A stretch of 64,000 nt of DNA, taken from Spirosomataceae bacterium. Its GTDB lineage: Bacteria; Bacteroidota; Bacteroidia; Cytophagales; Spirosomataceae. The stretch lies in contig JBKBOU010000001.1 of assembly GCA_046293395.1 (NCBI GenBank), forward strand, positions 417,271 to 481,270, read 5' to 3'. The translations under genes were made by a program, and so were the position numbers. The notes beneath the pieces are model-generated. The model made no database searches and was not told the origin of the DNA. It saw only the letters and a program-made list of their open reading frames with translations. Positions 18,458-28,363 of this stretch are shown one piece after another. Position 1 is the stretch's first letter. Each line of letters opens with the position of its first letter.

Positions 18458-20161
18458 TTATAAGGAAATATTTACACCTACAAGAAAATTCAAACCTTGT
18501 TGCGGATAATACAGATATCTTTGGTAATTATTACCCAATAAATTATTCATTTTTATAAAAACCCCAAATTGCTGGTTCAATAAGTACGTCAATTCGGTAT
18601 TAATATCAAAAATAGGTGTCAATTTTTTTATGGGTTCATTTAATGAAAACGGGTCTTTCGCATAGATACCCCCCAAATGAAATATGTTTAAATTAGCTAT
18701 TAATTTATCGGAAACCGTCAGCGTATTTCCCCAATATACTTCAACACTCGGACGATGAAAAGGCTTTTCAAGCGACTTCACCTCATAATAATTATATTGT
18801 GCTTTTAAATTGGTTCGCCAAAGGGAAATAGGCTGGTAATTTAATTGTACGTCAATTTGAGCAAAATTAGTACGCTCATTCTCATACTGTATGTCAAAAT
18901 TTCGGAGAAGCACTGCTCCTTCATTAGACAAATCATTGGTCATAAAAAAGTATAAGTTTTGATATTGACCATACGAAGCACGAACTTGATAATTTAACCC
19001 ATCCGTTACTTCCCCTTTACTTGCCAAATAGATTTCTCGCAACTTATCCGTATTTAATAAATTAACTTGTGGCATTAAAAACGGATTTTCCCGAAGCATA
19101 GAACCTAACGTATTTCGAATAATATCTCCGTCATATCCGACTGAAAAATACAGCAATGATGGCGTTTTATACGTAACATCCAATGTAGGAAATCCTTTTG
19201 TTCTACTTATCCGTGCGATTTCATCAAATTCATTCACAGCTCGAACACCGGCTGTAACAGCAAATTGTTGGTGATTATATATGAATCGAGGTATGATTCG
19301 GAATAAATTTCTATCACGAACAGGAAAATCAATGTAATTATCACTTCGTTGTGTTCGATAGACTTCTGCATCTACTTTCGCTACAAGTTTGTCTGTGAGA
19401 ATCGGATAGGAAAAAGAAACATCCGATGCCCAATCTAGTTCTTCTGCACTCAATAAATCCGACGTCTGAAAAATAGTTGAACGAACTTGATAATCAATAA
19501 GTGACGATGGATTAGCATTCTGAAAACCAACTCCAAACTGAAATGTATTCACAGCCTGTTTGATTTCACCTCGCTCTAAATTAACGAAAGTGGTATCGTA
19601 CCCATAAAAATTAGCGAGTCGGCGCTCGTATCCAATTTGCGAAGAGAGTTTAAATTTACCTGCATTGTATTGCCCATCAAGCCGAACAACATTTTTGCTA
19701 TTCCCTGAATTTACATCTTGAATTGGCCCTCTCTTCGCTGCATTGTGTAAACCATAAAACCCAAACACCAATTTCTCACTCTGCGGTGAATTAATAAAAA
19801 CTTCCCCAAAAGTTCTCCCAAAATTACCCGCTCCTAAACGAACTTGATTCGCATACGATACTTCTTTTTTCGGAGTTTTATCAGTGGTTAGTGGGGAAAT
19901 AATGGAAGGTTGAAAAGCAACCGTTTCTAATCCCGTTGGCTTTCTTTCGAAAAAAGAATAATTAAGTTTAAATGCCTCTTGGTTTCCTTTTGTCAATGGA
20001 ACTTTATCGAAAACCCGGCTAGCAGGAGGTATAACCACATCCCTTTCTTTCTCAAATACAAATTTTTGATCTATTTGGCCAAACCCCAAAACAGGGAGTA
20101 AACTCGAAAACCCCAACCAAACTAATGTGTTTCTTCTCTTCATCTTTTTTATTCGCTTCAT
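18458..20161 (-). CDS. Predicted outer-membrane beta-barrel protein, function unknown
   Basis: Signal peptide (LVWLGFSSLLPVLGFGQ), alternating aromatic/hydrophilic strands throughout, C-terminal ...NFLVGVNISL. The start ATG shares one nt with the upstream TAA (TAATG). Confidence 0.55.
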   Translation of the reverse strand: MKRIKKMKRRNTLVWLGFSSLLPVLGFGQIDQKFVFEKERDVVIPPASRVFDKVPLTKGNQEAFKLNYSFFERKPTGLETVAFQPSIISPLTTDKTPKKEVSYANQVRLGAGNFGRTFGEVFINSPQSEKLVFGFYGLHNAAKRGPIQDVNSGNSKNVVRLDGQYNAGKFKLSSQIGYERRLANFYGYDTTFVNLERGEIKQAVNTFQFGVGFQNANPSSLIDYQVRSTIFQTSDLLSAEELDWASDVSFSYPILTDKLVAKVDAEVYRTQRSDNYIDFPVRDRNLFRIIPRFIYNHQQFAVTAGVRAVNEFDEIARISRTKGFPTLDVTYKTPSLLYFSVGYDGDIIRNTLGSMLRENPFLMPQVNLLNTDKLREIYLASKGEVTDGLNYQVRASYGQYQNLYFFMTNDLSNEGAVLLRNFDIQYENERTNFAQIDVQLNYQPISLWRTNLKAQYNYYEVKSLEKPFHRPSVEVYWGNTLTVSDKLIANLNIFHLGGIYAKDPFSLNEPIKKLTPIFDINTELTYLLNQQFGVFIKMNNLLGNNYQRYLYYPQQGLNFLVGVNISL

Positions 20162-23160
20162 TATCTTATTGTAGTCAATTTTTCTCTTGCAGAAGTACGC
20201 ATTGCTTCATTTTTGGAATTTTCAATGATTGCATTTAAGACTTCACGTGCGTTAAGCGTATCTCCTTCACCCAAATAATTGTCCGCAATCAATAGATTAT
20301 ACATATCAAACCAATCAGAAAAAGCGTAATAATCACTTCTATGTTTATCAATCAATTCGTTGCTTTGCTCATACTTTTTATCCGCAAATAGCATGTAAGC
20401 CAACTCGTAGAGCCCCTCCGCTGCATGAATATCTTTTCCTTCGGCTTGCAACTGCTCCCATGTTTGTTCAGCTTGTGGTCTGTTTTTTTCTTTTGCAAAT
20501 GCTTTTAGTTTATACAATAATGCTTTGTTTGATGCATTCGCCACCACCTCGTTTCCGTCAGAAATAATTTGGTTTGCCGTATTTTTACATTCTGCATAAT
20601 TCCCTAGTTCATACTGAGCTACCAAAATAGCTAACTGACTTAACATAATCTGGCGTTTATCTGAAGAAGACTCCAAAACCAATTTATACAAAGGCAACGC
20701 ACGTTGAAAAGCCTTTTGTTCTACATAAATCCCAGCAGCACGATACGCAGCCAATGTATAATACGTTGACTCTCCTCTGCTTATAATTTTTGAATAATAC
20801 CCGAGTGCTTTTTCGCTGTTTTTCAACATATTGTAGGATTCACCCAGATAATAATTCGCCTCTTCTGCATTGGAGTTGCTTGGATAGGATGACAAGTAAC
20901 GTTCAAATAATTGAGCAGCTTGCAGATATTTTCCGTTAAAATAGACTGTTTTTGCATTTTCAAACTGGAGGCTTTCTACCGAATTATTCTCAGGATTTTT
21001 TTGCTCAAATTCTTCCAATATACGCGCGTATTCCTCCGGATTATCACTCATACCATATACATCTTTTAAACCCAATAGTGCCTCTGATGCCGCAGGTGAT
21101 TTAGGAAAACGCTTTACAATAATGGTGTAATCCGCTATCGAACGATCGTAATTTTGGAGGTTGCTGAATGCAGATGCTCGTTTCAACAACGCATCGGATA
21201 CAAGCGAACTAGACGGTTTCTTTTGAAGTAAATCGGAGAGTAATTGCACAGCTTCTTGGTTGTTGTCTTCTTCCATTGCAATACTTGCCTTCCGGAATAA
21301 TGCCTCGTCGATTAATCTTGAATTACCAAACTGGCGTAGAAACTGGGCTAAACGCTGTTTGGCTTCTTGGTCTCTATTCATATATTGTAGCGTGACACTA
21401 CTGTAATACAAAGCGTAATCTTTATCGATTCGATTTTGCCGGTAGGCTTCCTCATACATAGACAAAGCAACCGAGAACTTCTTATCCGCTAACTGGCAAT
21501 CCGCAGTACGTAGCAAAGCATCTTCGTATTTTTGAAGAAAATCAGCATTTCCCTTCGCTTTATTCACAAAATCAGAAAAATAGAGAAGTGCATTGCTGTA
21601 TTTTTTTTGATTGAAGTACAGATAAGCTAAACTATACACACTATTTAATCGGATAACTTTATCAGAGGATGAAATCAATGTTTTATACATTTCCTCCGCA
21701 TCAGGCTTGTTCAACAGAAAAAGTGCTTCCGCTTTCCAATACGTAGATTGAAGCCGCAATTGTGGATCTACAGGCGTTGAAAGCGATTTATCAAAATACA
21801 CTATAGACTTGTCGTAACTCTCCGCATTAAACTCTATTACCCCTTGGTTGTAGGTAATTTTCTGGTAAGCTTCGTTAATTTTTGGCGTTCTTTTGGCTAA
21901 CTTTTCAATGTAATCAATCGCTGATTGATAATTGTTAGTTGAAAAGAAAACTTCACTCAACAATTCATTCGACTCATCCACATACTTGCCCGTCGGATAT
22001 TGTGCCAAATACGCTTGTAGTTGCGAAATCGCCTCCGCATTTTCTTTTCCGTCTAAAAGGATTTTAATCAAATTATACGTCGCTTCTTCTTTAATTTGTG
22101 CATCGAAATCCATTTTTTGTGCGACACGGAAAGCTACCTTTGCATCCAACAACTGCTTGTTTTGTAGTGTGCTAATCCCCAAATAGTAAGCAGATTGCTG
22201 CGCTAGAATATCATCCCCCGATGCCAATGTTTTAAATAATGCCGCAGCACCCGTATAATTTCCCATTTGATACAAACTATATGCGTGTCTAAACGTAACT
22301 TGAGGAGAAACAGTACCACGCCTCAGTGACTTGAACTTGTCATAATACATGGCTGATTTACTAAAATCGTCTTTAAAAAAGAATACTTCCGCCGTTACAA
22401 GACAAATTTCGTCAATTTTTCTTCCGGTAGGATTTGCAATAATCGGCTCAGTATAAGCTACTAAATCATCGTATTTTTTCTGTCTGAAAAGAATTTCAGC
22501 AATCCAGTTTGGGACTTCGATTTTATACGGATTTACGTTTTCAACACGACGTAAATCAATCAAAGCAGCTTCGTAGTTTTCATTTCCAAAAGCGATGACT
22601 GCCGCATAATACGCAGCATGTATCGCACTTTCTGCTACGGTTGCTTTCACGTAGTTAAATTCTGTCAGAGCTTTTGTCAATTCTTTTTGTTGATAATACG
22701 AAATACCCAGTCGGTAATGCAACTCATAGGTATCCAAGGAAGGAGCACGATTTTTCAACGACTTTTCATACAAAGGGATAGCCTCTTTAAAATTCCCAGC
22801 CAAAAAATAATCATCCGCCAAATCCGTAAATATAAGTGCCGCTTTGGGATGGTCTGGGTACGTATGTACAAAACGCTGCACCAATACATCAGAATCTTTT
22901 GCATTCGATTTCAGAGCAGCCACAGCAGCAAAATAAGCAGCATTTGCTTGATTAAAATGATTGGGGCTCAAAGAACGAGCAGAAACGGACAAGTAATTTT
23001 CAAATTCTTTCCGAGCAGCTGTAAACGATTTATTCTCGAATAGTTCTACCCCATTGTGATAAATTGACTCCGTGGAAGCGTACGTCAGTGTATTCTGAGC
23101 CATTGCCTCTGTCGCTAAGCCAAGGAACCCAAGCCCTAACCACATTTTTTTATAATTCAT
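20161..23160 (-). CDS. Large secreted tetratricopeptide-repeat protein (999 aa)
   Basis: Signal peptide MNYKKMWLGLGFLGLATEAMAQ (no lipobox Cys). TPR-like Y/A/L periodicity along the whole length. Confidence 0.7.
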   Translation of the reverse strand: MNYKKMWLGLGFLGLATEAMAQNTLTYASTESIYHNGVELFENKSFTAARKEFENYLSVSARSLSPNHFNQANAAYFAAVAALKSNAKDSDVLVQRFVHTYPDHPKAALIFTDLADDYFLAGNFKEAIPLYEKSLKNRAPSLDTYELHYRLGISYYQQKELTKALTEFNYVKATVAESAIHAAYYAAVIAFGNENYEAALIDLRRVENVNPYKIEVPNWIAEILFRQKKYDDLVAYTEPIIANPTGRKIDEICLVTAEVFFFKDDFSKSAMYYDKFKSLRRGTVSPQVTFRHAYSLYQMGNYTGAAALFKTLASGDDILAQQSAYYLGISTLQNKQLLDAKVAFRVAQKMDFDAQIKEEATYNLIKILLDGKENAEAISQLQAYLAQYPTGKYVDESNELLSEVFFSTNNYQSAIDYIEKLAKRTPKINEAYQKITYNQGVIEFNAESYDKSIVYFDKSLSTPVDPQLRLQSTYWKAEALFLLNKPDAEEMYKTLISSSDKVIRLNSVYSLAYLYFNQKKYSNALLYFSDFVNKAKGNADFLQKYEDALLRTADCQLADKKFSVALSMYEEAYRQNRIDKDYALYYSSVTLQYMNRDQEAKQRLAQFLRQFGNSRLIDEALFRKASIAMEEDNNQEAVQLLSDLLQKKPSSSLVSDALLKRASAFSNLQNYDRSIADYTIIVKRFPKSPAASEALLGLKDVYGMSDNPEEYARILEEFEQKNPENNSVESLQFENAKTVYFNGKYLQAAQLFERYLSSYPSNSNAEEANYYLGESYNMLKNSEKALGYYSKIISRGESTYYTLAAYRAAGIYVEQKAFQRALPLYKLVLESSSDKRQIMLSQLAILVAQYELGNYAECKNTANQIISDGNEVVANASNKALLYKLKAFAKEKNRPQAEQTWEQLQAEGKDIHAAEGLYELAYMLFADKKYEQSNELIDKHRSDYYAFSDWFDMYNLLIADNYLGEGDTLNAREVLNAIIENSKNEAMRTSAREKLTTIR

Positions 23161-23373
23161 ATCAAACGGATTTATTGAAAAAAAACATCATGAACAAAGA
23201 TAAAAGAAAGAAGTCAGCCAACAATTTATCACTTCCTGCTAATTGTAGGGATAAACACCCTTTTAGTCTCATTTTTAATTGGAATTCTTTCAAATACCAA
23301 AGTGTTTTGCTAGTTTCAAAGTAAAAAAACGGATAATCCAATTTTTCATTGCACACTTAATTTTAATCAACCT

Positions 23374-25182
23374 ATGCTTTTTAAAAATTTAAAGTATCTC
23401 ATGTTATCTACATATTTACTTTTATCTTTCTTTGCTGGTCATGCTCAAACCTATTCTACCAGCTATGAACTGAGTATGCCTCATCCTCAAACACATTATT
23501 TTCATGTCAAAATGAAAATAGCCAATATCCAAAAATCTTCTTTATTGACGAATAAGGACAAATTAACGCTAAAAATGCCCGTCTGGACTCCTGGGTCATA
23601 TCTTGTCCGAGAATTTGCCAAAAACGTGGATAGGTTAACTGCCAAAGCTGGTAATTCTACTTTGAACAGTAAAAAAGTAAACAAAAATACGTGGGAAATC
23701 AATCTAGCTGGTGCTGATGAAGTCGTGGTAGAATACGATGTATATGCCTATGAATTAACCGTACGAACTTCTTTTATTGATGATAGCCACGGATATGTGA
23801 ACGGAGCAAGCATTTTCCTATACGTTCCTCAGTTAGTCAATCAACCGATGGAGATAAAAGTAAAACCATACGAAAAATGGAGTACGGTTTCTACTGCTAT
23901 GGAGGAAATTGGAAAATGGCATTATAAAGTACCCAATTATGATTTATTGGTAGATAGTCCTATTGAGATAGGCAATCACAAGGTAATTACGTTTGAATCA
24001 ATGGGAATCAAGCACCAAATTGCGATGTACGCACTTCAAGAATTAATTTACGATGAAAAAGAACTTATAAAAACCTATAAAGCTACCGTCGAGGCAGCAG
24101 CAACTGTTGTAGGGGAACACCCTTGCGACCGCTATCTTTTTATCATTCACCATTTACCTGGAATAGGTGGCGGACTAGAACACTTATATTCAACGACTTG
24201 CCAAACATCTCCAAATGTTTATCAGAACCCAACATCCATGAAGCGCTTCTTTAGTCTCATTGCCCATGAGTATTTCCATTTGTGGAATGTAAAAAGAATT
24301 AGACCAATTGAGCTTGGGCCATTCAATTACGATGAAGAAAATTATACAACCTTACTTTGGGTTTCGGAAGGCTTTACTTCCTTCTATCAAAATGACATCC
24401 TAAGAAGAGGCAATGTCATCACCGAACAAGAATTTAAAGCTGACTTGGTGAGTTCTATCAATCAAATAGAAAATCAACCCGGTCAACAAATACAGTCTGT
24501 GGCTGAATCTTCTTGGGATGCTTGGATTAAATTCTACCGACCTAACGAAAACTCAAATAATACCACGGTTTCCTACTATACAAAAGGGGGCGTATTGGGC
24601 TCATTACTTAATCTTGAAATTCTAGGAAGTACAAAAGGACAGAAAAATTTAGACGACGTGTTCAAATATTTATGGAAAACGTATTACGTAGAGAAACAAC
24701 GCGGTTTTTCAGAACTTGAATTTAAACAAGCGGTAGAAAAAATAGCTAACAAAAACATGGATAATTTCTTTACCAACTACGTGTACGGTACAGAACAAAT
24801 AGACTACAATCAGTTTTTTCAATATGCAGGAATACAACTTGTTGATAAATATGCATCGCGACAAGTACCTGGATTTGGTGCAAGTGTACGTTCCAACGGC
24901 GTAGTTGCGCGTGTCGATAAAGGTACTGCTGCTTATGAAGCAGGGATAAATGTCAATGATAAAATAATTACCATTGATAGTAAACCTTTCGTCTCTGTTC
25001 AGGATGCACTTTCAAGTAAAAAAATAGGAGATAAACTACAAGTTATAGTGGAACGCTCAGGGGTGAATTTGACCTATGAAGTGACACTCAAAAGAGATGC
25101 AACGGTTGCCTACGAAATGGTGCAATTACCTACTATGACGGAGAGCCAAAAAACCATCTACACAAAACTAATGCACTTGTAA
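23374..25182 (+). CDS. M61-family glycyl aminopeptidase with C-terminal PDZ domain
   Basis: HEYFHLWNVKRIRP zinc motif (HExxH) in M61 context. C-terminal PDZ-like GTAAYEAGINVNDKIITID. Signal peptide present. Confidence 0.8.
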   Translation: MLFKNLKYLMLSTYLLLSFFAGHAQTYSTSYELSMPHPQTHYFHVKMKIANIQKSSLLTNKDKLTLKMPVWTPGSYLVREFAKNVDRLTAKAGNSTLNSKKVNKNTWEINLAGADEVVVEYDVYAYELTVRTSFIDDSHGYVNGASIFLYVPQLVNQPMEIKVKPYEKWSTVSTAMEEIGKWHYKVPNYDLLVDSPIEIGNHKVITFESMGIKHQIAMYALQELIYDEKELIKTYKATVEAAATVVGEHPCDRYLFIIHHLPGIGGGLEHLYSTTCQTSPNVYQNPTSMKRFFSLIAHEYFHLWNVKRIRPIELGPFNYDEENYTTLLWVSEGFTSFYQNDILRRGNVITEQEFKADLVSSINQIENQPGQQIQSVAESSWDAWIKFYRPNENSNNTTVSYYTKGGVLGSLLNLEILGSTKGQKNLDDVFKYLWKTYYVEKQRGFSELEFKQAVEKIANKNMDNFFTNYVYGTEQIDYNQFFQYAGIQLVDKYASRQVPGFGASVRSNGVVARVDKGTAAYEAGINVNDKIITIDSKPFVSVQDALSSKKIGDKLQVIVERSGVNLTYEVTLKRDATVAYEMVQLPTMTESQKTIYTKLMHL

Positions 25183-25195
25183 GCATCTATTTTGC

Positions 25196-25228
25196 AAAAA
25201 AAGGAGGCTTTCAGCCTCCTTTTTTTTA
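25196..25228. terminator. Bidirectional terminator
   Basis: AAAAAAAGGAGGCT-TTC-AGCCTCCTTTTTTTT. Confidence 0.85.
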
Positions 25229-25468
25229 ATCTACCATATCTATAACAGATTCTAAATCCTCATTCATTTGCCGAAAACGCTCCATCGCATTTTTATAAAA
25301 TGTGTCACCGAGCATTTCTTCAATCTCGTCTATACTCGACACATCGTATTCGCTTACTTTGAAGGTCTGTTCATAATTTCCAGCTTCAAGTTTGATGATG
25401 AATTTGTTATTAAATGAAAAAACTGTTGTTTTGCAAAAATCGTTGGGAATTTCTTTGATGAGCCTCAT
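25226..25468 (-). CDS. Small acidic hypothetical protein (about 80 aa)
   Basis: The ORF fills the gap between a terminator and a divergent gene. I prefer the start at MRLIKEIP. No recognisable motif. Confidence 0.4.
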   Translation of the reverse strand: MRLIKEIPNDFCKTTVFSFNNKFIIKLEAGNYEQTFKVSEYDVSSIDEIEEMLGDTFYKNAMERFRQMNEDLESVIDMVD

Positions 25469-25506
25469 GTTGATGAATATATTTTTCGGCAAAACTAATA
25501 GATTAA

Positions 25507-26577
25507 ATGAATAGTTACTACATTATGAATAAAAATAAATCAATTATTTCTCTAAATAATTCCATTTTAGGTATTATTTTCTTTTCATTTCTCTTGAATC
25601 TTCAAGGCTGTTCCAACAAGGACAAACAAGAAGCCGCAGAATTTTTTAAACGAGCGAATTACCATGTGTCCATCAACGAAACCGATAAAGCACTTGGTTT
25701 CTATACAGAAGCTATCGAAAAAGTACCTGATTTCGCAGATGCCTATCTTAACCGTGGACTGATTTACGAAAAACGAGGAATGTACGAACAAGCTCAAGCA
25801 GATTACCTGAAAGCGGTTGAAGTAGATCCGGAATTCCCACAAGCGCAATTTAGTCTAGCGCGTGTTTTACACATTTTGAACAAAGCAAACGATTCCGAAA
25901 AAATTCTTTCTGAACTCGCTACTCTTTACAAAGACTCTCTTTCTTATCTTTACCTCCATGCCAAAAATCTGACTGCGCTCAATAAATTAGACCAAGCACA
26001 GACCTATTTTTCTATGGCAATACAAAAAGACCCTAAAAATCCAGAAATTTTATCTGACTTTGGATTTGTTTATTATCTCCAAAATGATTTAGAAGAAGCC
26101 GAAAAATTATTCGTTCAAGCAATTCAATTCAGCACCACCAACCCATTTCCTTTTCATAATCTAGGTGTTGTGTATGCCCTTCAGCAAAAGTTTGAGCTGG
26201 CATTACAGAACTCACAAAAAGCCATTGAGCTTGAACCTACCTCCGGACTTTTTCAATCAAATCATGGATTTCATTTATTATTGAACCAACGGACATCAGA
26301 AGCTGAAATTCATCTAAATAAAGCGGAAAAGTTAGGCTACAACGATAGTTATCATAGTAGAAACAAAGGGATTTATGCGCTACAAACCAAAAATATTCCC
26401 GAAGCTATTCAATTATTACAACAGGCTGAAAAAGAAAATCCAGACACAAAACTTGTCTATTACTTTTTAGGAAAAGCATACCAAGCAAATCAAAATACAA
26501 AAGACGCTTGCCTTGCTTTTAAACAAGGAAAACGTCTTCAAGATAAATGGTCAGATGAATTAGCCGTATGTCCTTAA
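25507..26577 (+). CDS. TPR-repeat lipoprotein
   Basis: Lipobox LNLQGC, and multiple canonical TPRs (AxxxYxxAIxxxPxxxxAYxNRG). Confidence 0.7.
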   Translation: MNSYYIMNKNKSIISLNNSILGIIFFSFLLNLQGCSNKDKQEAAEFFKRANYHVSINETDKALGFYTEAIEKVPDFADAYLNRGLIYEKRGMYEQAQADYLKAVEVDPEFPQAQFSLARVLHILNKANDSEKILSELATLYKDSLSYLYLHAKNLTALNKLDQAQTYFSMAIQKDPKNPEILSDFGFVYYLQNDLEEAEKLFVQAIQFSTTNPFPFHNLGVVYALQQKFELALQNSQKAIELEPTSGLFQSNHGFHLLLNQRTSEAEIHLNKAEKLGYNDSYHSRNKGIYALQTKNIPEAIQLLQQAEKENPDTKLVYYFLGKAYQANQNTKDACLAFKQGKRLQDKWSDELAVCP

Positions 26578-28283
26578 TCAAAAAGAGAGGTTATTTGGGC
26601 TTTTCGTAGATTTCCATACATTTTATTCTCCTCGGAATTTGACAAAAACTCAAGTAACCCAGTTCCTTCATTTGTCAAAAATTCATGCAACTCTTTCTTT
26701 GTATAAACCCCAGATGTGCCAAGTACATACGGAATATGAAAATTTGACGTAATTCCTTCCATTCGAAAAGTATGTTCCGTTTGGAAAAACCCTGCATAAC
26801 TCGGCTGTTCCAACGGGCCTGGAATCATTCCAAATATACCTCCACCTTGATTATTTAAAACAATTATTTTCAAGTTTGGCGGAAACGAATTTTGCCACAA
26901 AGCATTTGAATCATACAGAAAAGAAATGTCTCCAACCAAACAAACGTGTTGTACTTCAGGAGAGGCATACGCAGCACCAACCGCCGTGCTTACGCATCCG
27001 TCAATTCCACTTGTTCCCCGATTACAATAAATAAAAGGGAAATTTGACAAGCCATAAAACAGATTAACATACCTGATAGCCAAACTGTTACCCACGTGCA
27101 AATAATGCGTAGCCGAGACAGATAGAAGCAGTGCAAGAACAACATCTGCTTCGGATAAAAATATTTCCGTGTTCGTTTTTTCAAAATAACGGAGGAGTGA
27201 TTCTTTTACTTTTTTTTCAATATCAGCCCAACTCTTTAAATAGGCATTGTTTTCTTTTTTACTTATAGCCACCATTTCTTTCCATTCTTTGAAGAATAGC
27301 GCAGGAGACATACTGATATGCCACGTCAAAGTTTGAAAAGGATCTTTCAAGAAATCCCCAATTTGAACATGCCAGTGTTCACTGGGTGGATTCGCTCGGA
27401 TGAATTGTTTAAATGGCTTGGATATAAATGATTTTTCGGTAGTTATCAGAATATCTGGCTGCAAAGTACGCAGTTCTTTTTCTGGAATAACACCTAAATA
27501 ATGATCATGTAACAAAATAAATGCCTCTCCTTTCACCTGACTGATACTATCACCGAGAATAGGATATACATCTGTAAGTTCACTTAAAATAGCAGAAAGC
27601 TCATTGCTGTCTTGTTGCCCAACAGCAAAAAGGACTTTTTGCCCACTTTGAACTATCTCTCTTACTCTTTCTTTTATTTTTTCAGAAACAGACATAGACG
27701 ATACGTCCCATAGAATAGGCTGACAACTAGAAAGCAAGGGATAGTCTTTCGGTTCTGGATAAAAAGGTTCTCGAATAGGAATATTAATATGTACAGGCCC
27801 AGAGGGCTCCTGAACAGCAAGCTGAATCGCCTCGGATGCTGTTCTTTTACACATCCATTGTGTATCTGGGTTTGCATAATCTGCCTGCCATTGGTAAGCG
27901 CGTTTTACATGCTGACCATATATATTTTGCTGAAAAATCGTTTGCCCGTCGTATTGGTGTATCCATTCAGCAGGTCTGTCTGCTGTAAGCACAAGTAGCG
28001 GAACTTCCAAAAAGTAGGCTTCTGCAATAGCAGGTGCAAAATTTAAAGCTGCAGTTCCTGAAGTACAAACCAAAACAACAGGTTTTTTTGATATTTGTGC
28101 TATTCCAAGTGCAATGTAAGCAGCACTTCGTTCATCTTGAACAGCACGGCAATGGATTTTCGGATGTTCCGTAAACGCAATAGTCAAGGCAGCACTTCTG
28201 GAGCCTGGACAAAGGATTGCATCTCGAACGCCAAGTTCAGCACAAATTTGAGCTAAATCTATAAGTGGAGATAGGATAGCCAT
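26574..28283 (-). CDS. menD: 2-succinyl-5-enolpyruvyl-6-hydroxy-3-cyclohexene-1-carboxylate synthase
   Basis: ThDP enzyme: CPGSRSAALTIAF, GTSGIDG, VGDISFLYDSNAL. I use the ATG at 28283 (MAILSPLID...) so the gene clears the rpoD terminator. Confidence 0.88.
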   Translation of the reverse strand: MAILSPLIDLAQICAELGVRDAILCPGSRSAALTIAFTEHPKIHCRAVQDERSAAYIALGIAQISKKPVVLVCTSGTAALNFAPAIAEAYFLEVPLLVLTADRPAEWIHQYDGQTIFQQNIYGQHVKRAYQWQADYANPDTQWMCKRTASEAIQLAVQEPSGPVHINIPIREPFYPEPKDYPLLSSCQPILWDVSSMSVSEKIKERVREIVQSGQKVLFAVGQQDSNELSAILSELTDVYPILGDSISQVKGEAFILLHDHYLGVIPEKELRTLQPDILITTEKSFISKPFKQFIRANPPSEHWHVQIGDFLKDPFQTLTWHISMSPALFFKEWKEMVAISKKENNAYLKSWADIEKKVKESLLRYFEKTNTEIFLSEADVVLALLLSVSATHYLHVGNSLAIRYVNLFYGLSNFPFIYCNRGTSGIDGCVSTAVGAAYASPEVQHVCLVGDISFLYDSNALWQNSFPPNLKIIVLNNQGGGIFGMIPGPLEQPSYAGFFQTEHTFRMEGITSNFHIPYVLGTSGVYTKKELHEFLTNEGTGLLEFLSNSEENKMYGNLRKAQITSLFD

Positions 28284-28308
28284 AAAGATAGAGTTTGGGT
28301 TAAAATGC

Positions 28309-28336
28309 AAAAAAGACACGAAACGTGTCTTTTTTG
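28309..28336 (-). terminator. Intrinsic terminator after rpoD
   Basis: AAAAAAGACACG-AAA-CGTGTCTTTTTT. Confidence 0.8.
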
Positions 28337-28363
28337 ACTTACATGACTGATGAATCAGACGTA

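Noticed and set aside
22618-23043. 141-aa plus-strand ORF inside the TPR gene, and similar antisense ORFs (21932..22186, 30454..30995, 51544..52025, 8720..9043 and others).
   Set aside because: All lie entirely within strongly supported genes on the opposite strand or in an alternative frame. Their composition (Ile/Phe/Ser/Arg-rich) is typical of antisense read-through in AT-rich DNA.
20161-23160. The 999-aa TPR protein as the gliding/T9SS lipoprotein SprE (PorW).
   Set aside because: The signal peptide has no lipobox cysteine, and I recognise no sequence signature beyond generic TPRs. The assignment would be a guess.
23162-23356. 64-aa minus-strand ORF ending 1 nt before the TPR gene start, possibly a small upstream membrane peptide.
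   Set aside because: It has a GTG start, is very AT-rich, has no signal I can support, and overlaps the likely promoter region. It would need Ribo-seq evidence.
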